The position numbers were made by a program, and so were the translations under genes. 64,000 nt of DNA. Source: Takakia lepidozioides (taxonomy: Eukaryota; Plantae; Bryophyta). How positions within the stretch are numbered: position 1 is the stretch's first letter; each line of letters starts with the position of its first letter. The DNA lies in the NCBI GenBank assembly GCA_030704615.1, contig CM060731.1:11656001-11720000 (forward strand), given 5' to 3'. Positions 52,501-64,000 of the stretch are shown here, piece by piece. Under the pieces are notes generated by a model. It did no database searches. It worked only from the letters and a program-made list of their open reading frames with translations, and was not told the origin of the DNA.

Positions 52501-54814
52501 ATCATTTACAGCTGCGTTTATTTAAACTTGTAATATAACAGACAATGATGATCCATTTTTTTCAACGAGACTGTTCAAAAGTTGAAGTTGTTATCACATG
52601 AAGCAGGCCGGTTTTTGTCTCGAAATAGCCTGAGCACATTGACAATTAGACGAGGCCAAGATAGTAGTGCTCATCAAACCGTTGCAACAAGAATCGCTGT
52701 CCAAATACACCAGAATTAGAACCCAGCTTGGAGCCTAGACTCCAATTATAGAAGCGAGGAGCGCGTGCTGCCAAATCCTTAACTACTTTACAGGCCCTTC
52801 AATGCTTCCTTCCCTCTCTGCACAGCTCTTCCTCGAAGCAACCCCCACCCACGATGCTTCTACATAGTTTCTACTCGGAGACGACGACGAGATGGTGGTG
52901 TAGCTCATCATGGACGAAACTCATCCGATCGATTACCGTCAGGCTTGATGGATGACAAATAGGCTTTGTCTATAATTAGATATTTCAATAATCAAGATAT
53001 TATCCATAATCATTACCAGAATCATCAACATACCTACGCAAAATATATTACGAAATTGGATGAATGAATATTTTCAATCTGCTCTTAATTAGGCGGGAAA
53101 TATTCCTCCAATCCCACCGGCTACCACCAGTCGCCTCCACCTCCACCCTCACAGGCGACTGGCTACAGCCAGTATCACCGACCTGTTGTATATTGGTGGA
53201 TTTTAGAATTCTTACTTATTTTTCCCTTCTCAGATTTTATGCTATTTCACTTTATCACAAATAAAAGAGCATGGCCGGCGATGTTCACGTTCCGGAATCA
53301 TGCCGCTTCTGGCCTCCGGTAGGACCCACCGGGACAGGATTCCGATCCCGGCACCCACTGCCTACGTGATTTTATTACAGGCTATTTTCAATTTTTCCTC
53401 GTTTATATACATAAATAAACTTCTAAGAAATGAAAATAAATATAAATAATATAAAATAGCTTGCATAAATATTTCACAAAAAGCTTCCAAAAAGTAGCCT
53501 GGAAAAATTGTTAGGGCTCAGTTGGTCGGTTTTCTAACTTCTAACCCATTTTTTCTTGTTTTTGTTTTTTTTAAAGGGAAACACCTGGGAGCAACAGCGG
53601 ATTCGTTGCCTTGCCCTAGAAACTTGCTACTCTGGATGTAGTCTTATCCAGTCCTTCGTTTCACCTCCAGGATTGAGTGCATGTCTGACCCTGGCCGAAC
53701 TCATGCTTGCAAGATACGATGTGATTCCGCACATTCGGACTACAAACGTGCGAGACGGACTCCAATAGGTCAAGCATCTCCTCTTCATTCAAAATATTAA
53801 TGTTTATTCAATAAATAAATGGGTTAACTCATCAATGGAAGTTTCTCCTGTTCAAAAAAATTAATACTCCACTATCAAGGGGCCTGATTTGTGAGCAAAA
53901 GAGGGCGGAGAAACGAGACGGATTGGACTGGCGCAACCCATCATCCATTCATTGTCTCCAACCAAGCTCCAGCAGGTACTTTCAAGTGCGCACATTGCAA
54001 AGAACCACCGACATGCATGTCCACGTGCACAGCCAAGCAATAGTATGTCATCCATTTGCTCCCAGACTTGACTAGAGCTTGCATACACGTTGGGGTCCAC
54101 TTGCCACCCCTTGGCGAGAGGCAACATGTGGGAGGCTGTGTGCAGGAAACACACGACATCATAAAAGAGGAGGTGAAATTGAGCCCCGGAGTAAGTAAAC
54201 ATTAAATAACACGACCAAATATAATTATGCAGTAGTAGCCTCAACAGTGTTTTAATTTCTGGCAAAATTTCGCACTTTTTTTACTTCAAAAGTAAAATTA
54301 AAGTTTCCATCCACTCGTGTTCCCCAAAAAACCAAAAACAAAACCAAAAACAAAATTCTGTCGTAAATTTGTTTTCTCATGGATGAAATCGCCATTCTCC
54401 AAATAAAATATAAATCTTGGATGAATCCGTCAAATATCCATGAAAGTATAGAGAAGGATGATTCTATCCAAATTTTAGTGGATGAACCAAAAATATGGCT
54501 ATTTCTTGCAAAACTCTGTTATTTTCCAAATTTCAAAAACAAACACTGAATTGTGAGGTTATTTTTTCCTTACCTGTTAAATAAAGTTTCCAGGGCTACA
54601 ACCCCCCTGTTCCTTTTTGAAAAAAAAAGCCACTGGTAGTAGGGCAACTCGGTGAGCCCCGAGAAGTTTTTTTTCTTTATATATATATTAGGAAAAGGGG
54701 ATAGAAGCCCTTTAAAACTTTATATATTTTCATTATCCAGATTAATCCACTGAATTATTTGAGAGGATGTCTTACCGGGAAACTGGAGGAGCCGGTGGGG
54801 ATGACGCCATCGCC

Positions 54815-57800
54815 ATGGAGCGGAGCTCCAAGGCTGCCATGACGGCCTCGCAGGCTGTGGCTCGCGAGGAGAAGAGGAAGGTGCCCATGGGGGGCCACAG
54901 TGATTCTCCCGCGGACGGGCCTCTGGATGCCAGACGGTTGACGAGGGCATCCGCATCCCGCCCGCCTGCTGAATGTGAGGCTGCGGGTATGGAGGATGCA
55001 GGCCCAACGACAGTGCAATGGCCAGAAGGTGGGGCAGTGACTCAAGAGTGGGTGACCGGGCTTGCGACCGCATTGGATTATGCCACTCGTCATCTGCAGC
55101 CCATGGAGATTCCCTCTGTCATGTCTGTGCCAGTTGCTGATGCGCTAATAGCTGCGGCTTCCAAGGTGTGCATTTCTGTCGAGACTGGTTTCTTTTGGAG
55201 AAAATTGTCGATCAGAGTAGAGTTTCGTGTGTGGGTTCGCGGGATTTTTTTTCCTTTCAGGATTTTACAGGTAGACGATTCTGAGTTACGGTCTTCCTTC
55301 ACAAGCTTGTGTGGGCAGAGAAACATCATCTCAATTGAGTCACATTTTTCGAGAAGTTGGATATGAATTTAACCGACCGGACTGTCGTTCAGGGAAAGGC
55401 GATATCTTTGAGTATAACCAGAAACTATGGGTGTTCACTGCCTGCGAAGAGTCCTCTTCATTCATTTGCGACAGGGGAAAAATGTGGTTGTTTCGTTTAG
55501 GAAGAATGATAAATTGCAAAGTCTTACGGCTAAGAACTCTCGTAGCAAAAGTCGAGGTCTCGGAGGTGTGGGGGTTGCATGCGGCATAAATGTAGGTGCA
55601 AAACTAGTCCACTTCTAGGGTTGGATCACTTCCACACTGTACATTCAGTCCACATGTAGTGCAATGTGTTGAGCAATAGTCACTGTCGTCTTCAATCTGC
55701 TAGGGAATTCAACCCATGCAAATCTCTTTCTACTAAGTTCGAAGGTTTACTCGCATGTTTATATATTGCACTAGCATACTTATGTGTGAGTAGACTGGAA
55801 AAGACAATCTGGCTAGTCTTGGGTTCTAAGCTGCTATGGTGGAGGTAATATTCAGTTTTTAGATGCTCGTGATCTGCAAACGACATTCAGTTCTAAGTGC
55901 ATGAGGTTATGTATCCACATCTGGTTATCCACATCATGCAGCTGCTGGATTGAGAGAAAGCAGGAGCAAATGAATTGAGTAGGTGGAAAATTTTGGATTA
56001 GGGTATTCCTCGTAAAGGTATTCCAGTCAGTTCCTTATTCAAGCACATTGATGAACTCTGTTTTTTTTTTGGCTGCATTGGAGCCAGTTTGTTTTTAGGG
56101 TGCTGCCTGTGCAATTGGAAACCTCATCATTTAGGGTTCAAAAACTCCAACCTTCTCCAATCTCTGCCAGTCCATATCATGCCCTGAGTTGTCCTGACAT
56201 CTGCAAATCTGACAGCTTTTACACCGGGAGCCAAATTGCGTGGAAGTGCCGGTAGAGCAGTGGTGCCGGGTGGTGCTGGTGGGGGATGTGCATGGCCAAT
56301 TCCACGATGTGTTGAACCTTTTGAAAGTTGCTGGCCCTCCATCTTCCAACTGCATTTTTGTGTTCAATGGTGACTATGTTGACCGGGGGGCCTGGGGTTT
56401 TGAAACCTACCTTTATCTCCTTGCTTGGAAGGTGCCCCACTATCTTCCCCACTCCCCTCCTCCCTCTTTTCGCTCTGACTGCACTCTCTCTTTTGCTTTT
56501 CTTTGTACTTCGTTGGCATAGGTATTAGTTTGGCTCTCCCTACTTCGTTTCGCTGTCTCTCTTTGTATTAGTAAATGGCTACTTCCTCCTGGCTGCATTC
56601 TTTCATTTCCATTCCGTTCAGACTCCCTCTAGTTATTATCATAAGAAACGAGTTCTCATTGCAAGATTTGGAATTGTAGGTGCTTTTGCCACACCGGGTA
56701 TTTTTGTTGCGGGGCAATCATGAGACCAAGTTTTGCACGAGTGCTTATGGGTTTGAGCAGGAAGTAATGGCCAAGTATGGTGAGCGTGCCAAACACTTGT
56801 ACCGGAAATTGCTGGGCTGCTTTGAGGGGCACCCTCTAGCCGCCCGGGTGGCTGGCTGTGTGTATATGGCCCACGGTGGTCTGTTCCGACAGGTGGAGAC
56901 TGCACCTCCTAGAAAGAGCAAGCTTGGCAAAAGCTACAGGTACAATTACTTTTCCTCCGTTCATCTATCAGGGGGAAAGCATAAAGTGTAAAGAAAACCA
57001 GAAAGCAGATACAGCATGTTAGTGGCTGATTAACAGGTTACATGCTTAAGGCGTGCTATCTTATGTTTGGGGTCTTGTGATACACTCTTTTGGTTTTCTG
57101 TTGTAGTCTGCTATGTCTATTAGGGCAAAAAGAATCTGTTTCTTTCTCCTCTGTGTCGGTCTAAATGTACCTGGTTGAGTGAATATTTCACGTCACTCTT
57201 GGAGGGTCATATATGTAGGGGCCTAGGGTCACTAGGCTATGCCGGGCATGTTATCTGAGGGGGATGGGCAAGAAATACATGACCTACTCTTTCTGTCCCT
57301 GTCTTCGTCTTTCCAACCATTCTGCATGGTGACTGAGTCACCATATGCATGTTTTGCTTGAGGCAGGCGTATAATGTTTCAATTGGACATTTGCACCCAT
57401 GCTTGCTGGTGACTCACTATTCTACTGTTGGTATGTTACATGCCTATGAATGCGCCAAGCAATGCCCAATGTGAAACTTTGTAGTCAACTCAAATTCCTA
57501 CTCGTAGACATCATGGCTTTGTGACATGGCATCCTATATTAGACTAGCTGTTATCCCTCCACCTTTTTTGGATGATCCAGTTATCTCTTCTCAGCTTCCA
57601 GGCTTATCTTACATGCGGGTTGCAAGGGTTGTGAAAAGTTGTTTGCTGCAAGAAAGCCTGAACTTCACAGGTTCCAGGAAATTTAATTCTATACACCTGT
57701 CATCAAGCCCTACTTACAACGCTTACAAATATTGGGCTGATTCCAGTCCTCCTCAACATATCTTGTGAATATGGGGTGGGGTGGTTATCTCACTGTGGGT

Positions 57801-60062
57801 TTGTCTTGGGGGGGGTGGCTTGGAAAACCCCGTAACAGAGATATATTCATGTTTCCTTGTCTGAACAACAAGATCAATGCTGGCAACAGGCGGTTGTTGC
57901 GCACACGGAGTGCAGAACGGTGTTTGAAACTTGGGACACTCGATGATCTGGCTAAGGCACGGCGTGGAGTTCTAGACCCTTCTGGGTTTGGGACCAATGT
58001 TATCCCAGGAGATGTTTTGTGGTCAGATCCATCACCAACAGATGGTCTTTCTCTTAATGAGTCCCGGGGCATTGGGCTTCTGTTTGGCCCTGACTGCACT
58101 CAAGAATTTATGGAGAGACACAAGATTAAGGTAGAGGCCACCTACTTACCCGCCCTCTGTTACAAGTGATCCCATTATGTACATTGTGTGATTGGGTAAC
58201 TTCTCACTCAAGGCAATTTGTATCAATTGTCCATATTGTCTAACTTAATTTTTGGGTATTGCGGAGATGTTTGGCAGTTGATAGTAAGGTCACACGAGGG
58301 ACCTGACGCAAGGGATAAAAGGCCCGACATGGCAGGCATGGACAAGGGCTACACAATAGATCATGTGGTGAAGGCTGGGAAGCTTATCACCTTATTTAGT
58401 GCGCCTGACTATCCCCAGTTCCAGGTTTGTCGCTTCCCTGTTCTTCGCTGAATTTATGGGACTCTGACAAAAATCAATGACCAGATTGACTTCCTATGAA
58501 CAGTGTTCACTAGGGAGAAGGGATGATATTCTTTGTACAAGCTCATGATACTCCTGAATACCAGGAAACTGTGGCAGTTTGAGTTTGCTCTCGCATAATC
58601 TCGCCAGCAAGCTTTTCCATATGTATGCAGGTGTTTGTTTGACCAGTCTTGGAGCTTCGGTTGACTACATAGGCTGGTAGTGGTGTACAGAAGTCAACTG
58701 CATATAGGTGGCCTGTCCCAAAACCCAGGAGTGCAAAATTCTTAAGCTTATGATAAACATGGGTGTGGCCGAAACCACTCACCAGCAGTGGGACTGCCTT
58801 TCCCTCAGTTATGAAAAATCTGAAGCAGTGGTGACAAGCTGTGATCAATCATTTTAATATGATTTCGTTATTATGAATGTTAGTTTGTAGTGTTTCACGT
58901 GTTGAAAGACTGAACATGCTATTTTAGGTAGCTTTGATTAAGTAACGTCGATTGTATAAATTGCAATGATGATCCGAGTCTTTGAAGTTTGGGTCCTCAT
59001 GTTATATCATGGAAACAGGGGGATCATCTCATTACTAGTCACTTACCTTCACATACAATCTACTTCCCTTCACAAGAATTGACACAGTAAAGGGAGTTTA
59101 CATAGGCTTATTAGACTCATTCAGTTGGGCTGGTTGGCTGGGACAGGCCACTGATGACCGTTACAACAACAAGGGCGCCTACATAGTGCTGGAGGCTCCA
59201 GATTTCTCTGAGCCTCATTTCTTTGAGTTTGAAGCTGTTCAACCTCGACCCAAAGCAAGTTTCTGCCTCTGCCTCCCTGCTCTTATTGATTCTCTTCCAT
59301 CTTTTCATTGGCCAGATTGTATCTATCAGGCAGATTGCAGTAAGAAGGCTTTCTCTCTGCTTGTCTGGAACTGTAGCATCCCACTATCCATCACTGTTAC
59401 TCCCTGATGTTGCACTTTGATTACGTTCCTGTTTGGGGGTGCATTAAGAGTATCCAATAACAGTGACAAAAGAGGTCAAGTTCAACTTTTGTGTGGTTCC
59501 TCAGCAATTAATTTTTGGAATCCTTTTACTGTGCTACTTGAAACTTTTTCTGAGGATGTTCATGGAGAATATGACTGGAGGTCTAAAGAGCACCTCTTTT
59601 TATCACAGGGATGAAGATTGATATTTGAAGACGAAAACTCATAGAAGTTGGCACTACACTTAAGTGCTTAGTAGGATAGAGTGGGTTTGCACTTTGCACT
59701 AGGGGCTGTTCAAACATTAGCATTCCAACATCCAAGGACCTCCTGGAAAAGTGGGTTATTCAGATCTGGGAGAGGGAACACCATCATCTGGGTCAGCAGA
59801 ATGAAATTGGTGGCATAGAGACTCCTAGATTGCACAACACTTGACCTCCACCTGACAGCAAAGGTGCTGCTGAAGTCCTTTTTAACCAATTTCATTCCAC
59901 TGTTGGGATGTATGATTTTCCTTGCTACTGTATGATGATGTGCCCAATGCTTGATTGCAGGTCTCTCCATACTACGATTTTGTGAATGCGATTGATTCAG
60001 ATGAAGAGCTTGACCTTGGGACAGGATCGGATGCCACGACGGGCAGTGACGCCGACTCCTAA
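54815..60062 (+). CDS. PP7: Serine/threonine protein phosphatase 7, ~474 aa, 7 exons
   Basis: Predicted exons 54815-55165 (alternative ATG at 54767), 56216-56431, 56680-56939, 57890-58130, 58278-58424, 59147-59254, 59961-60062. PPP motifs GDVHG, GDYVDRG, RGNHE, HGG; PP7-typical RSHEGPDAR, SAPDYPQFQ and PYYDF...IDSDEE. Confidence 0.95.
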
Positions 60063-62411
60063 CCTTTTGTACCATAATTCTTTGGCTTGGTCAATTTAAT
60101 TTTCCTCATCTTTAGTCTATCTCTTCTTGTGATATCAACGATGAAGAATCGGAGTCATGACTAGAGCTAGCATGTAGATAGCGTGGAGAAATCCTCCAAG
60201 TGTAATAATCTGGAATTGAACAAATGCTTGTCCCCGGCTTAAAGTATGTTGTGTGTTGGCTGCTTGTAGTCCTTTTGTAGTCAGACATGTAAGCTTAGCA
60301 TTGTTGATTGGATAGCCTGCCACATGAGTGAGTAGGCATGACAATTTACCTGATCATCTGTTGTTGAAAGCAAATTGCCCAAGTCATGGTCAACTCTCAT
60401 TGTGTCATTGCAGTGGGGTGCATCAGTCCTTTCAAAGTGGACTAACTCTACATCGGAACTCAATTGATAACAAGACTGATCCCATGCTCATGTGCAACTA
60501 TGCCTTGCATTACCAACTTGTGCTCCTGAAAAGGTGACAAAGATTAGATGTGTGCTGAGTGATGCCTAAGTGGTATACAATGGCAAACATCAGTTCGAAA
60601 TCACTGCGGCGCTACTTGAATCTGTACTCAAGGTCTCTACATATTGCAAGGAGGTAGGTCGGCTTGATATTTAGAAAGATGGGGATGCGCTTTCAAGGAA
60701 ATATTTTCTCCAAGATTTTAAAGTGTACAAGGGACGCCATAGGGTGAAATAGAAGCTCAACAAGAAAAACATACACAGGACATGAGCAGAAGACGCAACT
60801 ATCTTTCTAGACATGCATGAGAAATTGAAAGCATGTGACTGGATGGTCCAGCAAAACATGGCAGAAGATGGTGTCGAGATCATCTCTTAACCAGAAGTCT
60901 AAATTTGCATAAAACCTGACTGGTGTGCCACCATGTGTATTATCACAATGACCCGAACATGTGATTCCTATCAACTGCAAGCAGGAGACATACTGTGGGT
61001 GCAGAAATGGTTCAGGCCCGGCTTTGGACAGGTCTGCAAGGTGATAACAACCTAGTTTAAGGAATGATGACAAACACAAAATGACAACGGGGTTTCCTTG
61101 TCATGCATATGTTTGGGATCTCTCGTATCTGTGAAACTTAGCTTAAAAGTTGTTTTGTGTCTGCTATTGTTTACAGCAATTTGCCCAAGACCTGAATCAA
61201 CTCTCTCTCCCTCACTGACTGCAATAGGTGATCCTTCTTGCAACTGCCCCACTCTACACCTGAACTCTCAATTGAAGCAGGAAGATGGACCCCTTGCTAA
61301 TCTGCGACAAATCAAAGCATTCCTACAAAGTGCAATTCTAAAACGGCAACCACACCCTTATTCTTATGAGACTGTAACCCAGAAGTAGAGACACTCATTC
61401 AAACCTTGTCAGATGTCAAAATCAATGCGTTCTACAATCATTTTCCAGCTAGTTAGAGTTCCGGAAAGAGGACAGCAGATAATCCAAAAATCCCGCTGGT
61501 CGCTTGACTGTTAATCACTCCGATTGTATTTATGACAGGTTACGTGCGATGAGGTCTCACATGAGGATGCCAATTCAGGTTGGAAAGCTCCAGTAGTCTT
61601 GGAGCCATGAGCAGGGAATTTTAGTACAAGTTGAAACAGGAAACATGAGCTCTCCTTGTGCAAGTCAATCTAAACCCAGACTTGCGAACTCCCAACAATC
61701 ATGAATTCCACCACTTCCATCCAACCTTGACAGGTAAGAAAGTGGGGGCACCAAGATTACACATCCTTGCCAATGTATACAACATGTCAATAATCCAGCA
61801 TATTTCATTCTCTTTCTCTCTCCAATTTTTTAAGTTGCACTATCGGTGTGAGCCCCTCACAAAGGTCTTCTGAGTGCAGTTCATTCAGAGTCGATTTAAC
61901 AGGGTTCATTGACCACTGGCAGACAATATGGACACAGATGTATGTGTACCACTTGGGAAACTTGGTGCTAAATCTTCAAATTGCTGGGTTTAGTTGACTT
62001 GGGATGGTAAAGAGTGACATGTTGCACTCAACTGTGTTTACTGAATGACCAACAGAAGTGGCCTAGTTTTCCAGTTCTGATAAAGGCCCAGCAGGATCCC
62101 CAACAACTCACAAAGAGAAACCAAGAAAATATCAAAACAGAAGAAGACCAAACTTCAGCTTCTTCCTTCTAATATGATACAAATTAACAATTGGGCTTCC
62201 ATAGCAACAATGCTGCACCCATCCAGCGAATCCACACTCCAGAGATATATAACAAGTAGTTCTAACAACCCACAGTCCTAGCTTATAAACATTCACAAGA
62301 CTGGATCAGCTGCATATTTCATCCTTTCGTATTTGCAGGCTTTGGGATGAATTTCTTGGCATGATGAGTACCCAAAGCGTGATGTCGACACATTTGCGAA
62401 GATTAAAGCCA

Positions 62412-63482
62412 CTAGATCTGCCGCAGTCGCTGCTGCCTTAAGCTTGAGCGGAAATTGGTCAACTCGTCCCTCCAGCGAGCTGCATCGGAATACCGCTCCT
62501 CGACAACAGCCATGAGCATACTTTTCATCAAGGTAATTTCTTCGGCTATGGGATCCGGTTCATCGTCCGCACAGTCCCAGAAGGAGGCGTCTTTGTTTCT
62601 TGGGCTTGTCTCCCACCTCTTCCCAAAAGCAGGTTCTTGCACAGGTCTCACACCGTCCGCGTCGATTATAGTCTTATTCACATACATGGGTACCTTGCAT
62701 CTGACAGCTAAATTTATAGCATCCGAGGGGCGGGCATCCACACTGAACACTTCCGCCTCTCCAGACACTCCAAAATATATCCGCGCATAGTATGTGTCCA
62801 CAACACGCTCGGTGACCCTCACCATGCGCACCTCGTAATTGAGGGACCCCACCATATCCTTGATAAGATGGTAATGGTTCGGCCTTCCCAAAGACTCGTC
62901 ATCATGAAGTGCCTTCATCAGCATGCTCACCGCCCCATCCCCCACAACAATGGGAAGCATCAGATCCGAGTCATGGGTAATCTTGAGAAAGATGGTGGGC
63001 GTGCTGGACTTAAACAGCAGTTGACCCTTAGCTCGATTGATATGCTCCACTTCCACCTCTCTCCCACCGATCAGAGTCATGAACAGATGCCCCTGCGATG
63101 GCACCATGCTCACAGCTTCCAGCACATCAACTTGCAGATAGTCACTGGTATCATCATCCTCAACATGACTGCTCCCGCTGCTACTGCTCTCATAGCTACT
63201 CCGCACCCCACCCTCCCTGCAGCGGCCCTGCTTCTTGCACCCCCACCATGCCTCCAGCTGCTTCCTCCACAACCAATTCAACCCTGCCTGCTTCCCGCAG
63301 GACAAACTGTAGCCCAGTGTCTGCGGGTAACTGAGGTAGGGGAGTACAGCCCAGCCTCCTATGGCCCCTGACAGCGGCAAACTCCTACAAGGCAGCCCTG
63401 TTTGCTGTAAAACAGACCCGCATGCAATCGATGCGTTGCAACACGAGTGCAGGCCTGGATTGAGACGCCCCAGCATCGCCAT
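62412..63482 (-). CDS. BBD: Bifunctional nuclease (BBD/DUF151 DNase-RNase domain plus UVR-like C-terminus), 356 aa, intronless
   Basis: PTIFLK...LPIVVG...RPNHY...VRVTERVVDTYYARIY...DARPSDAINLAVRCKVP; C-terminal AVVEERYSDAARWRDEL; plastid transit-peptide-like N-terminus. Confidence 0.93.
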   Translation of the reverse strand: MAMLGRLNPGLHSCCNASIACGSVLQQTGLPCRSLPLSGAIGGWAVLPYLSYPQTLGYSLSCGKQAGLNWLWRKQLEAWWGCKKQGRCREGGVRSSYESSSSGSSHVEDDDTSDYLQVDVLEAVSMVPSQGHLFMTLIGGREVEVEHINRAKGQLLFKSSTPTIFLKITHDSDLMLPIVVGDGAVSMLMKALHDDESLGRPNHYHLIKDMVGSLNYEVRMVRVTERVVDTYYARIYFGVSGEAEVFSVDARPSDAINLAVRCKVPMYVNKTIIDADGVRPVQEPAFGKRWETSPRNKDASFWDCADDEPDPIAEEITLMKSMLMAVVEERYSDAARWRDELTNFRSSLRQQRLRQI

Positions 63483-63803
63483 ACCTCCAATCCTCCCCTC
63501 TCCTCTCTCTCTTCCTCTCCCCCCTCTTCTCCACCCTCGTCTCTCTGCTCCCCCTCACTGTGCGTTCGACCCTCTCACTAATCAAATCACTAGAGATACT
63601 TAACAGAAGTTTAGTAGATAACGGAATCATAAGCGGGGTTACCATTAGGACCCATTCGTTGGTTATGGATACTTAGTTATGAGTTTACTAACTAATCAGA
63701 TTTCAGTCAGTGTGGTACAACTCCCTAATCTACTCACTAATGGCCTCACTAAGACTAATGACCTGCACGTGGCAGTATTAAAGGATAAATGCTGCTGACG
63801 TGT

Positions 63804-64000
63804 ATGTTGGTGGTTAGCTACAATGTACGTGGCCTGTGGACTCCTCGTAATGAGGCCGCACGGTGCAAAGGAGACAGGGACCTGACAGAGGGACCCCACT
63901 ACATTAAAACAATCCCTATTGGCGTGTTTCTCTTATATATCAAAAAAACGACAACCTCGTTGGCAGGGTGGAGGTTGTGATCTGGTGGTTAGGTCGATGG
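63804..64000 (+). mobile_element. Possible degenerate LINE AP-endonuclease start (runs off the window)
   Basis: MLVVSYNVRGL resembles the APE motif-I (W/Y)NVRGL; GGGCDLVVR in another frame resembles the GGVAILV motif; no QE motif visible. Confidence 0.35.

Noticed and set aside
54246-54636. hAT MITE with CAGTG...CACTG ends upstream of PP7
   Set aside because: TIR match is short, two alternative right ends exist, and no 8-bp TSD was found.
45066-54766. Conserved land-plant miRNA or tRNA genes
   Set aside because: Visual scan found no mature miR156/160/166/171/319/390/408/529/535/536 sequence or tRNA cloverleaf; a computational scan would be needed to exclude them fully.
60100-62400. Additional gene between PP7 and the nuclease
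   Set aside because: Only short motif-less ORFs; consistent with convergent 3' UTRs and intergenic DNA.

Overview
Land-plant nuclear DNA. A non-seed plant, probably a bryophyte, is inferred from the DYW-PPR, an RTE-X-like LINE and divergence from angiosperm orthologues. The first ~27 kb is a transposon graveyard. It holds a DYW-PPR pseudogene, a defective Copia element with a nested solo LTR, three arrays of regularly spaced palindromes, a Gypsy gag relic and a dead multi-exon gene of unknown family. It also holds two small TIR elements and a hAT element whose transposase is split by an inversion bounded by CATG and preceded by an 11-unit exon-intron array. The remaining ~37 kb carries six apparently intact genes: a golgin-84-like tail-anchored protein head-to-head with the mitochondrial ATP synthase 24 kDa subunit, an orphan two-exon gene, a SUPERMAN/RBE-like C2H2-EAR repressor, protein phosphatase PP7 and an intronless bifunctional nuclease. 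A 5'-truncated non-polyA LINE also lies here, and its family has inserted twice at the same site in an ATP-synthase intron. No database searches were run: family calls rest on recognised motifs, and exon coordinates are manual predictions.
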